From positions 1 to 34,443 of the forward strand of contig CALLLZ010000078.1 of the NCBI GenBank assembly GCA_938008005.1: a stretch of 34,443 bases of DNA, given 5' to 3'. The translations under genes and the position numbers were made by a program. Each line of letters starts with the position of its first letter. Position 1 is the first letter of the stretch. The notes under the pieces are model-generated. The model searched no databases. It had not been told where the DNA came from and saw only the letters and a list, made by a program, of their open reading frames with translations. This stretch comes from an uncultured Marinicella sp. (lineage in GTDB: Bacteria; Pseudomonadota; Gammaproteobacteria; Xanthomonadales; Marinicellaceae). Positions 18,692 to 26,897 of this stretch are shown in pieces.

Positions 18692-19195
18692 ATGAATGAA
18701 TCTACTGACAGCAAGTTGTCCGCTTGGTTCGCAGGTTTAAGTCAAAATGAGCAAAGGTTGCTTGCAATAGGTGGTTTGGTGGTTACTATGGCTTTGTTGT
18801 GGGTACTTGTGTACCTGCCAGTAGTGAATCATATAAACAGTCAAGTTACCATTAAAAATCGTTTACAAGAACAATTGACCAAAATGCAAAGTATGACTGG
18901 TGCTGTGGTTAGTGAGAATATGACTGCGGTGTTGCCTATGCCTGCTGGGGTTACCTTTTCTTCATGGGTAGATCAGCAGTTAAGGGTAGTTAACTTGCAA
19001 GAAATGGTTAATCGTACCGAGCCAATTGATGAAAATAGTTTGTCTATTTGGTTACAGGGTGTCCAGTTTGATCAGGTCATTGATTGGTTACAATCAATTT
19101 CAAAACAATATGCAGTACAAGTGGATCAGATTGATATTAATGTGGTCGATTCAGCTTTGGGTTTAACCAACATCAGAATGAGGTTAGTGAAATAA
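18692..19195 (+). CDS. gspM: Type II secretion system protein M
   Basis: WFAGLSQNEQRLL before a single TM, coiled coil, IWLQGVQFDQVIDWL motif; SD AAGGAG before ATG 18692. Confidence 0.85.
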   Translation: MNESTDSKLSAWFAGLSQNEQRLLAIGGLVVTMALLWVLVYLPVVNHINSQVTIKNRLQEQLTKMQSMTGAVVSENMTAVLPMPAGVTFSSWVDQQLRVVNLQEMVNRTEPIDENSLSIWLQGVQFDQVIDWLQSISKQYAVQVDQIDINVVDSALGLTNIRMRLVK

Positions 19196-19956
19196 TGTTA
19201 AGTGCCAGTGATAGATTCGGTAAATTGATTAAATTTATTTTTATATTGTTAATATTTGCAGTGATAGCAGTGGCTGTAACTCCTTTGAATTTGTATTATG
19301 ACCACATTCAAAAATACGTTAAACCGATCGGCTTATCTGGTATCAGTGGCAGTGTGGTGAAAGGCAGCGCTGATTCATTGAGCTATTTATCTGGCCCCTT
19401 AGGTCAAGCAGAGTGGTTTTTGTATCCCAAGTCGTTGAAAAGTGTTGCTGGTAAGGTCAGGGTTTATAAGCCTAACTATGATTTGACGTTTGATCTGCGT
19501 AAAGTCACTCCAGAAACTCAATCATTTAATCAAGTAAATGGTTTTTTGGATTGGAAATTGATCAAACCATTTTTGCAAATGCGTTATGGCCAATTTGAAG
19601 GTTACGCGCAAGTAGATCTTGGGCAAGTAGAATACAATAAAGCCAATGGTTTTGATCGCATTGAAGGAAGTATCACGCTTAAAGATTTTAAACTATTGAC
19701 GCCGTCCATCAAAGACCTTGGAACAGTTACCTTAGATTTTGATACAAAAAAAGTAGGTATGATTGCTGGTAATTTCAGTAGCCAATCAAATGCATTAAGC
19801 GTATCCGGTGTATTGGTTATACAGCCACATCGATGGCAGTTGAATCTGGACATTGTCCCCAAGGCGGGGCATTTTGAATTGGATGCCGTATTAAACTCTG
19901 TGGGTGATGCCAGAAGAGGAGGAGGCCGCAAATTGAACTTAGCCGGTTTTTATTGA
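19195..19956 (+). CDS. gspN: Type II secretion system protein N
   Basis: N-terminal TM anchor, LSGISGSVVKGSA (GspN 'G..GT.W.G.A' region), beta-rich body; TAATG stop/start overlap with gspM. Confidence 0.7.
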   Translation: MLSASDRFGKLIKFIFILLIFAVIAVAVTPLNLYYDHIQKYVKPIGLSGISGSVVKGSADSLSYLSGPLGQAEWFLYPKSLKSVAGKVRVYKPNYDLTFDLRKVTPETQSFNQVNGFLDWKLIKPFLQMRYGQFEGYAQVDLGQVEYNKANGFDRIEGSITLKDFKLLTPSIKDLGTVTLDFDTKKVGMIAGNFSSQSNALSVSGVLVIQPHRWQLNLDIVPKAGHFELDAVLNSVGDARRGGGRKLNLAGFY

Positions 19957-20823
19957 GTGTTGTTGTTTCTTAAACTTGTTGTTCAATAAAATCCACAGGC
20001 CAAAAGCAATGATAGGTAGGGTTAAGATATGACCCATGGTCATCCAGTCAAATGCAATGAATCCGCGATTGGCATCAGGTTCCCTAAAAAATTCAACCAT
20101 AAATCTTGCTGTTCCATAACTGAGTAAAAATGCGGCAGAAACAGTGCCTCTTTTTTTTGCGAAGTGTGCCACAACCCAAACGACAATAAAAGTGATTAAA
20201 CCTTCTCCAATGGCTTCATACAGCGCGGATGGATGCCGAGCAAAGACATTAAATTGTCCTTGTTCATATAAATTTTGCCACTGTCCTTGTTCCATATTGC
20301 CAGGTTGTAAATGAGTGGGTAAAGAATCAGGAAAAAGCATAGCCCAAGGTTTTTGGGTTAAGCGTCCCCAAAGTTCACCATTAATGAAATTGCCTAACCG
20401 AACTGACAAAATACCGGTAGGCACCAAAGGAGCAATGAAATCACTTATTTCAAAAAATGTTTTTTTACTTTTGTTTTTGAAATATAACATAGCCAATAGT
20501 ACACCAGCTAACCCCCCATGAAAAGACATGCCACCTTCCCATACCCGAAATGGTAAAAAGAGATCATCTGTTAGTGGTACATCGTTGTAGAACAAATACC
20601 ATCCAAGTCGGCCACCTACAATAATACCAATGGCACCATAAAACAAAAAGTCTGACAGTTGTTCGCTGTTCCATGAACTGGGGTAATGTTTTAATCTGTA
20701 GTGACCCAGCAAATAATAAAAACCAAAACCAATTAGATATGTAATGCCATACCAATGAATACTCAACGGTCCCAAAGACAGGAAGACTGGGTCGAAATCT
20801 ATAACTGGAAAATGGTTAGCCAT
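19939..20823 (-). CDS. lgt: Prolipoprotein diacylglyceryl transferase
   Basis: IHWYG, GGRLG, WEGGMSFHGG, RLGNFINGELWGR, RHPS.LYE, RFMVEFFREPD. Confidence 0.97.
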   Translation of the reverse strand: MANHFPVIDFDPVFLSLGPLSIHWYGITYLIGFGFYYLLGHYRLKHYPSSWNSEQLSDFLFYGAIGIIVGGRLGWYLFYNDVPLTDDLFLPFRVWEGGMSFHGGLAGVLLAMLYFKNKSKKTFFEISDFIAPLVPTGILSVRLGNFINGELWGRLTQKPWAMLFPDSLPTHLQPGNMEQGQWQNLYEQGQFNVFARHPSALYEAIGEGLITFIVVWVVAHFAKKRGTVSAAFLLSYGTARFMVEFFREPDANRGFIAFDWMTMGHILTLPIIAFGLWILLNNKFKKQQHSIKTG

Positions 20824-21029
20824 GGGGTGAAAAACAGTTGCTTCAAAATTAACATTATATTCTGTGAATGTTAAATTGTCGCAGGTAAATTTATACGGAT
20901 AGTGATTTTTTATTGCTTTTATAGAGTAGTTAAGAAGCTATGTTTCAACGCTCATATGAATGCGCCATTATGTTAAGATAATAGGGGACGTGTTGGGACA
21001 CGTTGAAACACCAATAACTTGGTATATTT

Positions 21030-21096
21030 CATGCTGCTGAGTTAAGAGTCAATAGGCTTAAACATAGACAATAGACTTTAACAAAAGTCTGGTCAT
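21030..21096 (+). promoter_or_regulatory. Structured 5' leader of the pyrophosphatase gene; candidate cation (Na+) riboswitch-like element
   Basis: Hairpin GTTAAG-agtcaatagg-CTTAAAC and hairpin AGACTTT-aaca-AAAGTCT just upstream of the SD (AGAGGA). Family assignment not verified. Confidence 0.3.
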
Positions 21097-21116
21097 ATAA
21101 AAAAAGAGGAAAATTT

Positions 21117-23162
21117 ATGAATCAAGAAATAATCCCACTGATTGTGGGTGGTTTTGGGCTGTTCATGGCATTGGTTATCTATGCTTTGGTCAGCAAAATG
21201 CCGGCAGGTGATGGTAAGGTCAGAGAAATTGCACAAGAAATTCACGAAGGTGCGATGGTATTCATGCGCCGAGAATATACTTTGTTGATGATATTCGTGG
21301 TGGTCATCCTGGTTGGCTTATATGTCGGTTTTGGTGATTGGCATACACCCTTTGCATTTGTTTTGGGTGCATTTTGTTCTGGTATAGCAGGTTATTTTGG
21401 TATGTTTTCAGCTACCAAAGCCAATGTCAGAACAACAGTTGCTGCCAATGAACATGGTGCTGCCAAAGCCTTGTCAGTGGCCTTTTATGGTGGTTCTATC
21501 ATGGGTTTAACCGTCGCAGCTATGGGCTTGCTGGGTTTAGGAGCCTTGTATCTGATGTTTGGCGGGGACCCTCATACGGTTGAATCCATCCATGGTTTCG
21601 GAATGGGTGGATCAGTGGTTGCTTTGTTTTCTCGTGTTGGTGGCGGTATATTTACCAAAAGTGCTGATGTTGGTGCTGATTTAGTTGGTAAGGTTGAAGC
21701 TGGTATTCCTGAAGATGACCCTCGAAACCCTGGTGTAATTGCTGATAATGTTGGTGATAATGTTGGTGATGTGGCAGGTATGGGATCTGACATATTTGAG
21801 TCTTATTGTGGTTCAATGATTGCTTGTATTGCCATTGCTTCGACCATGTCATTAGGTTTGTATTCACAAATAGCCGAACGCCAACAAGATTTGATGTTTT
21901 TGCCATTGGCTTTGGCATCAACTGGTTTGATCTGTTCAATTTTGGGTATTTTCTTGGTTAAGTTGTTTTCCAGTAAAAAACCTGATGTTGCATTGCGGTT
22001 TGGTACCATGGGAGCCACAGTGTTGTTTATCGTTGCTGCTTATATAACCACATCTACTTTGTCCATTCAAAGCACTGTTTGGCAATGTGTGGTATTGGGT
22101 GCAGTGGGTGGTATGCTGATAGGTTTAGTTACGGAGTATTATACCGGCGGCAAACCGGTCAGAGAGATTGCTAAAGGCGGAGAAACGGGTCCAGCTACTG
22201 TGATGATTTCAGGTCTTGCTGTGGGTATGGAATCGGTTGTGATACCAGTTATTACCTTAGCAGCTATTATTTTTGGCACTTCATTGATTTTACCAGCTGG
22301 GGCTGGTGTTTACGGCGTAGGTATTGCTGCAGTAGGTATGTTGGCAACGGTAGGGATTACCATGGCGATAGATGCATATGGCCCAGTTGCTGACAATGCA
22401 GGTGGTATCGCAGAAATGGCTGGATTAGGTGAAGAAACCCGTGAAATTACGGATGGCTTAGACGAAGTAGGTAACACCACCGCGGCTATTGGCAAAGGTT
22501 TTGCTATTGGTGCAGCGGGTTTGGCTGCATTGGCAATCATTGCTGCTTTTATTCAAGTTATTTCGAGCGAAGTCCAAGGATTCGCATTGGATATAGCCAA
22601 CCCCCAAGTTTTGATGGGTATGTTCTTGGGTGGTATTTTTCCATTCATTGTAGCAGCCATGACTATGAGGGCTGTGGGAGATGCGGCTTTTGATATGATC
22701 AAAGAAATTCGACGTCAATTTAAAGACATTCCAGGTCTAATGGAAGGCACCGCGAAGCCTGACAGTAAGAAATGTGTAGATATTGCCACCCAAGCGGCTT
22801 TGAAACGCATGATGGCACCAGGGGCATTGGCTGTATTGGCTCCAGTGGTTGTGGGATTCGGTTTAGGTGCAGCGGCACTTGGCGGTATGTTGGGTGGTGC
22901 CCTGATCACCTGTGTATTGTTGGCTTTAATGATGGCGAATGCTGGGGGAGCTTGGGACAATGCCAAAAAGTACGTTGAAAAAGGTAACTTAGGTGGTAAA
23001 GGCTCAGATGTGCACAAAGCTGTGGTTGTTGGGGATACAGTTGGTGATCCATTCAAAGATACTTCAGGGCCCGCCATGAATATTTTGATTAATGTAATGG
23101 CGATAGTGTCATTGGTAATTGCCCCTCTTTTGGCTGAAATGCCTTATGGTTTATTTGGTTAG
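21117..23162 (+). CDS. hppA: Membrane-bound K+-dependent, probably Na+-translocating, pyrophosphatase
   Basis: [46 protein letters not shown] (Ala indicates K+-dependence), [23 protein letters not shown]. Confidence 0.95.
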   Translation: MNQEIIPLIVGGFGLFMALVIYALVSKMPAGDGKVREIAQEIHEGAMVFMRREYTLLMIFVVVILVGLYVGFGDWHTPFAFVLGAFCSGIAGYFGMFSATKANVRTTVAANEHGAAKALSVAFYGGSIMGLTVAAMGLLGLGALYLMFGGDPHTVESIHGFGMGGSVVALFSRVGGGIFTKSADVGADLVGKVEAGIPEDDPRNPGVIADNVGDNVGDVAGMGSDIFESYCGSMIACIAIASTMSLGLYSQIAERQQDLMFLPLALASTGLICSILGIFLVKLFSSKKPDVALRFGTMGATVLFIVAAYITTSTLSIQSTVWQCVVLGAVGGMLIGLVTEYYTGGKPVREIAKGGETGPATVMISGLAVGMESVVIPVITLAAIIFGTSLILPAGAGVYGVGIAAVGMLATVGITMAIDAYGPVADNAGGIAEMAGLGEETREITDGLDEVGNTTAAIGKGFAIGAAGLAALAIIAAFIQVISSEVQGFALDIANPQVLMGMFLGGIFPFIVAAMTMRAVGDAAFDMIKEIRRQFKDIPGLMEGTAKPDSKKCVDIATQAALKRMMAPGALAVLAPVVVGFGLGAAALGGMLGGALITCVLLALMMANAGGAWDNAKKYVEKGNLGGKGSDVHKAVVVGDTVGDPFKDTSGPAMNILINVMAIVSLVIAPLLAEMPYGLFG

Positions 23163-23202
23163 GAAATACTAAGGAGATTCCTGTCTCCTTAACTGCCCTT
23201 GT

Positions 23203-23226
23203 AAAAGCCCCAAAAGGGGCTTTTTT
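23203..23226 (+). terminator. Intrinsic terminator after hppA
   Basis: AAAAGCCCC-aaaa-GGGGCTTTTTT. A second hairpin TAAGGAGA-ttcctg-TCTCCTTA lies at 23170-23191. Confidence 0.85.
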
Positions 23227-23265
23227 AATCGCCAAATATATTTACTTGCGTTAAGATTATTAAAC

Positions 23266-24414
23266 ATGAGTTATCACACCAAAAAATATCAACCCGGGGA
23301 AATCATTTTTCATGGTGGTGACACTTCTAACTGTGCCTATATCATAGAGGAAGGTCAGGTAGAGATATTTGTTGAATCTAATCAAACGATTATTGATATT
23401 CTGAGTGAAGGTGAATTGTTTGGTGAAATGGGTGTGTTGGATCAATCACCCAGATCAACTTCGGCAAGAGCCCTTACCCCATTGACTTTATTGGAAGTCA
23501 AAACTGAACAAATCACCAATCGTTTGGCAGAAAGTGACCCCATTGTTAAAGCATTGGTTGGTGTATTGTTAAAAAGATTTAGATCAATGCTACCTAACCA
23601 AGGCCTGAGTGATGGTAAAAGCAATTTGTTGGATCAAGTGACATCAGTGATTGAACAAACAGGATTTTCAAAGTTTAAACTTGAGAGTGAACTGCGTAGT
23701 GCCATTAATCAAGGTGAAGTGCAAACTGTTTTTCAACCTATCAGTGACATTCAAAGCAGTCGCATCGCTGGTTTTGAAGCTTTAAGTCGTTGGAGTCATC
23801 CCGAGCGAGGTTTTATTTCACCGGTGGAATTTATTGCTTTGGCCGAAGAGACTGACTTGATTATTGAAGTCGGAGACTTGGTGTTTAATCGTGCCATAGA
23901 AATGCTCGCAAAGCTACCGGAACATGTTTTTATCAACATCAACGTCTCATCTAAACAATTAGATGATGATCAATTCCTTAATCGAATTTTGAAGAAGGTT
24001 AATGCCAGCAATATCAATCCTAAACGATTAAAACTCGAAATTACTGAAACCATGGTAGTAGATTTTAATTTGGCTAAAAAATGGATTGAAAAATGTAGAA
24101 AAATTGGTTTTCCAGTATGTGCTGATGATTTTGGTACTGGGCATTCAGGAATGGAACAATTGGTTGAACTGGATTTTGATGTGTTGAAAGTAGACCAAGT
24201 CTTCATCAGGAACATGTTTGAGAATAACCGATATCAGAGTATTTTAAAAACAATTGCTGATATGGCTCAAAGTTTGAATACTCAATTAGTTGCAGAAGGG
24301 ATCGAAAATGAAAAAGAATATGCTGTTTTAAAAGCGTTGAATTTTGATTTTGGTCAAGGTTATTATTTTGGTAAGCCTATGTCAAAAGATGACGCTTTGA
24401 AACTGAATTTTTAA
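23266..24414 (+). CDS. Cyclic-nucleotide-binding domain plus EAL c-di-GMP phosphodiesterase
   Basis: cNMP domain with FGEMGVLDQSPRSTSA cassette; EAL domain with EALSRW, NINVS, LEITE, DDFGTG, LKVD, EGIE, QGY; no GGDEF. Confidence 0.9.
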   Translation: MSYHTKKYQPGEIIFHGGDTSNCAYIIEEGQVEIFVESNQTIIDILSEGELFGEMGVLDQSPRSTSARALTPLTLLEVKTEQITNRLAESDPIVKALVGVLLKRFRSMLPNQGLSDGKSNLLDQVTSVIEQTGFSKFKLESELRSAINQGEVQTVFQPISDIQSSRIAGFEALSRWSHPERGFISPVEFIALAEETDLIIEVGDLVFNRAIEMLAKLPEHVFININVSSKQLDDDQFLNRILKKVNASNINPKRLKLEITETMVVDFNLAKKWIEKCRKIGFPVCADDFGTGHSGMEQLVELDFDVLKVDQVFIRNMFENNRYQSILKTIADMAQSLNTQLVAEGIENEKEYAVLKALNFDFGQGYYFGKPMSKDDALKLNF

Positions 24415-24430
24415 TCTCTAATAAAAGCAC

Positions 24431-24459
24431 TTCATTTTTAACCGTATTTTGCTTACAAT
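24431..24459 (+). promoter_or_regulatory. Sigma70-type promoter for the candidate sRNA
   Basis: TTCATT (24431-36), 17-nt spacer, TACAAT (24454-59). Confidence 0.5.
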
Positions 24460-24465
24460 ATATAT

Positions 24466-24587
24466 GTGGGTAAGAAGTCGCTACATCTGTGGGATACGGT
24501 CAAAGTCCCGGTAGCGACATTGGGTGAATTCGTTTTTAAAACGATGAAGCCTTTGTTGGCCGGGTTATTAGGCTCGGCCAACCTTTT
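24466..24587 (+). ncRNA. Candidate ~120-nt small RNA with three stem-loops (family not recognised)
   Basis: GC-rich island in an AT-rich spacer. Stem GTCGCTAC/GTAGCGAC encloses GGGAT/GTCCC; stem GGGT..TCGTTT/AAACGA..GCCT; final stem GTTGGCCGGG/CTCGGCCAAC then CTTTTC; promoter immediately upstream. Confidence 0.55.
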
Positions 24588-24628
24588 CAGCATTAAGTTA
24601 TTTTCATTTTATTTAAACTAAACAGAAA

Positions 24629-24679
24629 CTGAACAACATTGTTGTATTCAGATTTCGTTCATTGACAGCTGCATAAAAT
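24629..24679 (+). promoter_or_regulatory. PhoP-like (OmpR family) direct-repeat box and -10 element
   Basis: ATTCAG-N5-GTTCAT (24646-24662), inverted CTGAAC upstream (24629-34), TAAAAT at 24674-79. Resembles the RTTCAG-N5-RTTCAG PhoP box of pseudomonads. Confidence 0.5.
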
Positions 24680-24706
24680 TCATTACATAGCACCAAACTG
24701 GAGAAT

Positions 24707-25234
24707 ATGATGAATAAAGTGATAACAATAACCGTAATGATTTGCTTGCCTTTTATGGCTGCTGCCAATAGATATAATAATGGCAGTATTAACTATGGAA
24801 AAGTGATTGAGGTAGAACCCATATATCAATCAGTTTCGATTCCAGAAGAGCGTCAAGTATGTGATCGACGTCAAAACAATCGGTACAACAATCGAAATCG
24901 CAGAGATGGTAACCATGCAGGACGAGCAATTTTAGGTGGTATCATTGGAGGCGCAATCGGTAATCGATTTGGTAGTGGTAGTGGCAGAGATGCATCGACA
25001 GCATTAGGTGTGTTGATTGGTGCTGGTATTGGTGCCAATAAAGGACATCATCACAACAAGCGTTATCGAAGCAACCGACGTAATTGTTATATTGAAACAC
25101 ATTACCGCGAAGAAGATCGTTTCATGGGTTATGACGTAACTTATGATTACAACGGCAATTTGTACCAAACCGAGATGCAAGAACACCCTGGTGATCGAGT
25201 CAGGTTACGAGTTAATGTTGATGTAGTTGATTGA
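24707..25234 (+). CDS. Secreted glycine-zipper 2TM domain protein (YcfJ/UmoD-like)
   Basis: Signal peptide; GKVIEVEPI, GAILGG..GGAIGNRFGSGSGRDASTALG.LIGAGIG-type zipper, GYDVTYDYNG, PGDRVRLRV. Confidence 0.88.
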   Translation: MMNKVITITVMICLPFMAAANRYNNGSINYGKVIEVEPIYQSVSIPEERQVCDRRQNNRYNNRNRRDGNHAGRAILGGIIGGAIGNRFGSGSGRDASTALGVLIGAGIGANKGHHHNKRYRSNRRNCYIETHYREEDRFMGYDVTYDYNGNLYQTEMQEHPGDRVRLRVNVDVVD

Positions 25235-25251
25235 AGAAATAAGAAATTAAG

Positions 25252-25279
25252 AAAAAAGGCGCGTGATGCGCCTTTTTTT
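25252..25279 (+). terminator. Intrinsic (probably bidirectional) terminator
   Basis: AAAAAAGGCGC-gtgat-GCGCCTTTTTTT. Confidence 0.88.
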
Positions 25280-25318
25280 ATGCCCACAGGAAAACTGTGT
25301 GATGTTATTTTTAACAGC

Positions 25319-25336
25319 TTGTCACAAAATTGTCAT
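25319..25336 (+). promoter_or_regulatory. Pho box (PhoB binding site) upstream of ppk2
   Basis: TTGTCAC-AAAA-TTGTCAT, 11-bp period, close to the consensus CTGTCAT-A(A/T)A(T/A)-CTGT(C/A)A(C/T); 100 nt before a polyphosphate gene. Confidence 0.65.
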
Positions 25337-25435
25337 GTTATTTAAACATCTAAAGCCAATCTTCAGGTTAAAATATAATTCCCAACAATCAAAATTTTGA
25401 TTGCTAAATTTATTAAACCTTAATTGAATATATAC

Positions 25436-26365
25436 ATGACCGAAGAACAACGCTTAAATTCTGAACAAGCTAAAAAAATGTTGTTGAAACATACCGATCA
25501 CAAGTTTGTGATGCAAAAGAAGAACAGTATTTCAAGTAAAGAACTGCTGAAATTATCTTATGCAGCTGGAGAGTATCCATATGATGAGAAAATAGAACTG
25601 ATTGACTATGAAACTGAGAAGCATTTATTACAAACAGAATTGTTAAAGGTACAAAGTTGGGTGAAAGAAACAGGTCAGCGAATTGTTTGTTTATTTGAAG
25701 GCAGAGATGCAGCTGGTAAAGGTGGGGCGATTAAAAGATTTATGGAGCACTTGAACCCCAGAGCGGCACATGTGGTGGCATTAGAAAAACCCAATGAGCG
25801 TGAAAGGGGGCAATGGTATTTTCAAAGATATGTGTCACAATTGCCCACTCGAGGAGAAATGGCGTTTTTCGATCGCTCCTGGTATAACCGGGCTGGTGTA
25901 GAGCGTGTAATGAACTTTTGTACTGAAGATGAATATGAAGAGTTTATCAGGCAAGTTTTTCCTTTTGAACAGATGTTGGTTAATTCTGGTATTATTTTAT
26001 TTAAATTTTGGTTTTCAGTAACTCGGCAGGAACAATTGCGTCGTTTTCACAGCCGTAAAAACGACCCATTAAAGCACTGGAAACTCAGTCAAGTTGATGT
26101 TGATTCATTGGATAAGTGGGATGATTATACCAAGGCCAAGAAAGACATGTTTTTTCATACTGATAACCCATTAACCCCTTGGACAGTAATTAAGTCAGAT
26201 GACAAAAAGCGTGCGAGAATAAATTGTATGCGTTATTTTTTACATCACTTAGAGTATCCGAATAAAAATGAAGCCATTATTAAAGAATACAATACCAAGA
26301 TAGTTGGTTCAGTTAATAAAATGTATCCTTACGCAACGTTAAAGGCCATGACTAATGACAGATAA
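25436..26365 (+). CDS. ppk2: Polyphosphate kinase 2 (single-domain, class I-like)
   Basis: FEGRDAAGKGG Walker A, FDRSWYNRAGVERVM Walker B, DPLKHWKLS, SDDKKRARIN. Confidence 0.96.
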   Translation: MTEEQRLNSEQAKKMLLKHTDHKFVMQKKNSISSKELLKLSYAAGEYPYDEKIELIDYETEKHLLQTELLKVQSWVKETGQRIVCLFEGRDAAGKGGAIKRFMEHLNPRAAHVVALEKPNERERGQWYFQRYVSQLPTRGEMAFFDRSWYNRAGVERVMNFCTEDEYEEFIRQVFPFEQMLVNSGIILFKFWFSVTRQEQLRRFHSRKNDPLKHWKLSQVDVDSLDKWDDYTKAKKDMFFHTDNPLTPWTVIKSDDKKRARINCMRYFLHHLEYPNKNEAIIKEYNTKIVGSVNKMYPYATLKAMTNDR

Positions 26366-26621
26366 AAAAAACGAAACGATGGTTGAACAATGCGAGCTCA
26401 TTTTGCAGCAAGTTGAAAAACATGCAGCTTCAATAGAAAAAATGCACAGCAACATGCGTGATATGCATGAATACAACGAGAAGTTGCAAAATGATTTGAA
26501 AGCCATGGAACAGGAAGAAGTTCAGCAAAGACTGATTAAATTGGCAAGTAAGGCAGCTAGGAAAGCGGCAAAAAAGAGTATAGCTAAAGCCAGAATCAGG
26601 GAAGCGCTTAAAGACCAATAA
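26355..26621 (+). CDS. Hypothetical 88-aa coiled-coil protein with Lys/Arg/Ala-rich C-terminus
   Basis: Overlaps the ppk2 stop by 11 nt; heptad-like E/Q/K/M-rich helix; tail KLASKAARKAAKKSIAKARIREALKDQ. Confidence 0.65.
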   Translation: MTDKKNETMVEQCELILQQVEKHAASIEKMHSNMRDMHEYNEKLQNDLKAMEQEEVQQRLIKLASKAARKAAKKSIAKARIREALKDQ

Positions 26622-26627
26622 GGTTTC

Positions 26628-26678
26628 TTCATTTTGAAAGGGTGCTCAAGCCAGCGATTTGAGCCCTCATTCAATGAA
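26628..26678. repeat. Long imperfect inverted repeat after the ppk2 operon (terminator or stabiliser)
   Basis: TTCA..TTGAA-AGGG(T)GCTCAA-gccagcgat-TTGAGCCCT(CA)TTCAA-TGAA. Confidence 0.55.
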
Positions 26679-26795
26679 AATCTATAGCCGAATTTTCCCT
26701 TTAAAAAGCGAAAACATTTTTATAGATATTAAAAAATATATACCTAGCCAAGTCCGAATATTTAAGCAGTTAAAATCCCATAGTTATCATACGCA

Positions 26796-26827
26796 GTTGT
26801 TAGTCACAAAAACCTGTTATTAGTCAC
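26796..26827 (+). promoter_or_regulatory. LytTR-type direct repeat operator upstream of the protease gene
   Basis: GTTGTTAGTCAC (26796-807) and GTTATTAGTCAC (26816-827): 11 of 12 identical, 20-bp period. Confidence 0.6.
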
Positions 26828-26897
26828 TTCTTGCTTTTGAACAGTGTTTTATGATTTATATTTTTCAAAAATTAAAATTAATCAAAGGAAAATATTT

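Noticed and set aside
21744-21770. Tandem repeat GATAATGTTGGT-GATAATGTTGGT-GAT
   Set aside because: Encodes the conserved DNVGDNVGD motif of membrane PPases; not a repeat element or CRISPR.
21572-23077. Several 70-120-aa antisense ORFs within hppA (likewise within fimX, DASS, RND, DUF5916 and tkt)
   Set aside because: Shadow frames of well-supported genes.
24466-24520. Possible c-di-GMP-I riboswitch (GGGA...CAAAG near an EAL gene)
   Set aside because: Lacks the GNRA tetraloop/receptor pair and GCAAAC P1 junction; kept only as an unknown sRNA candidate.
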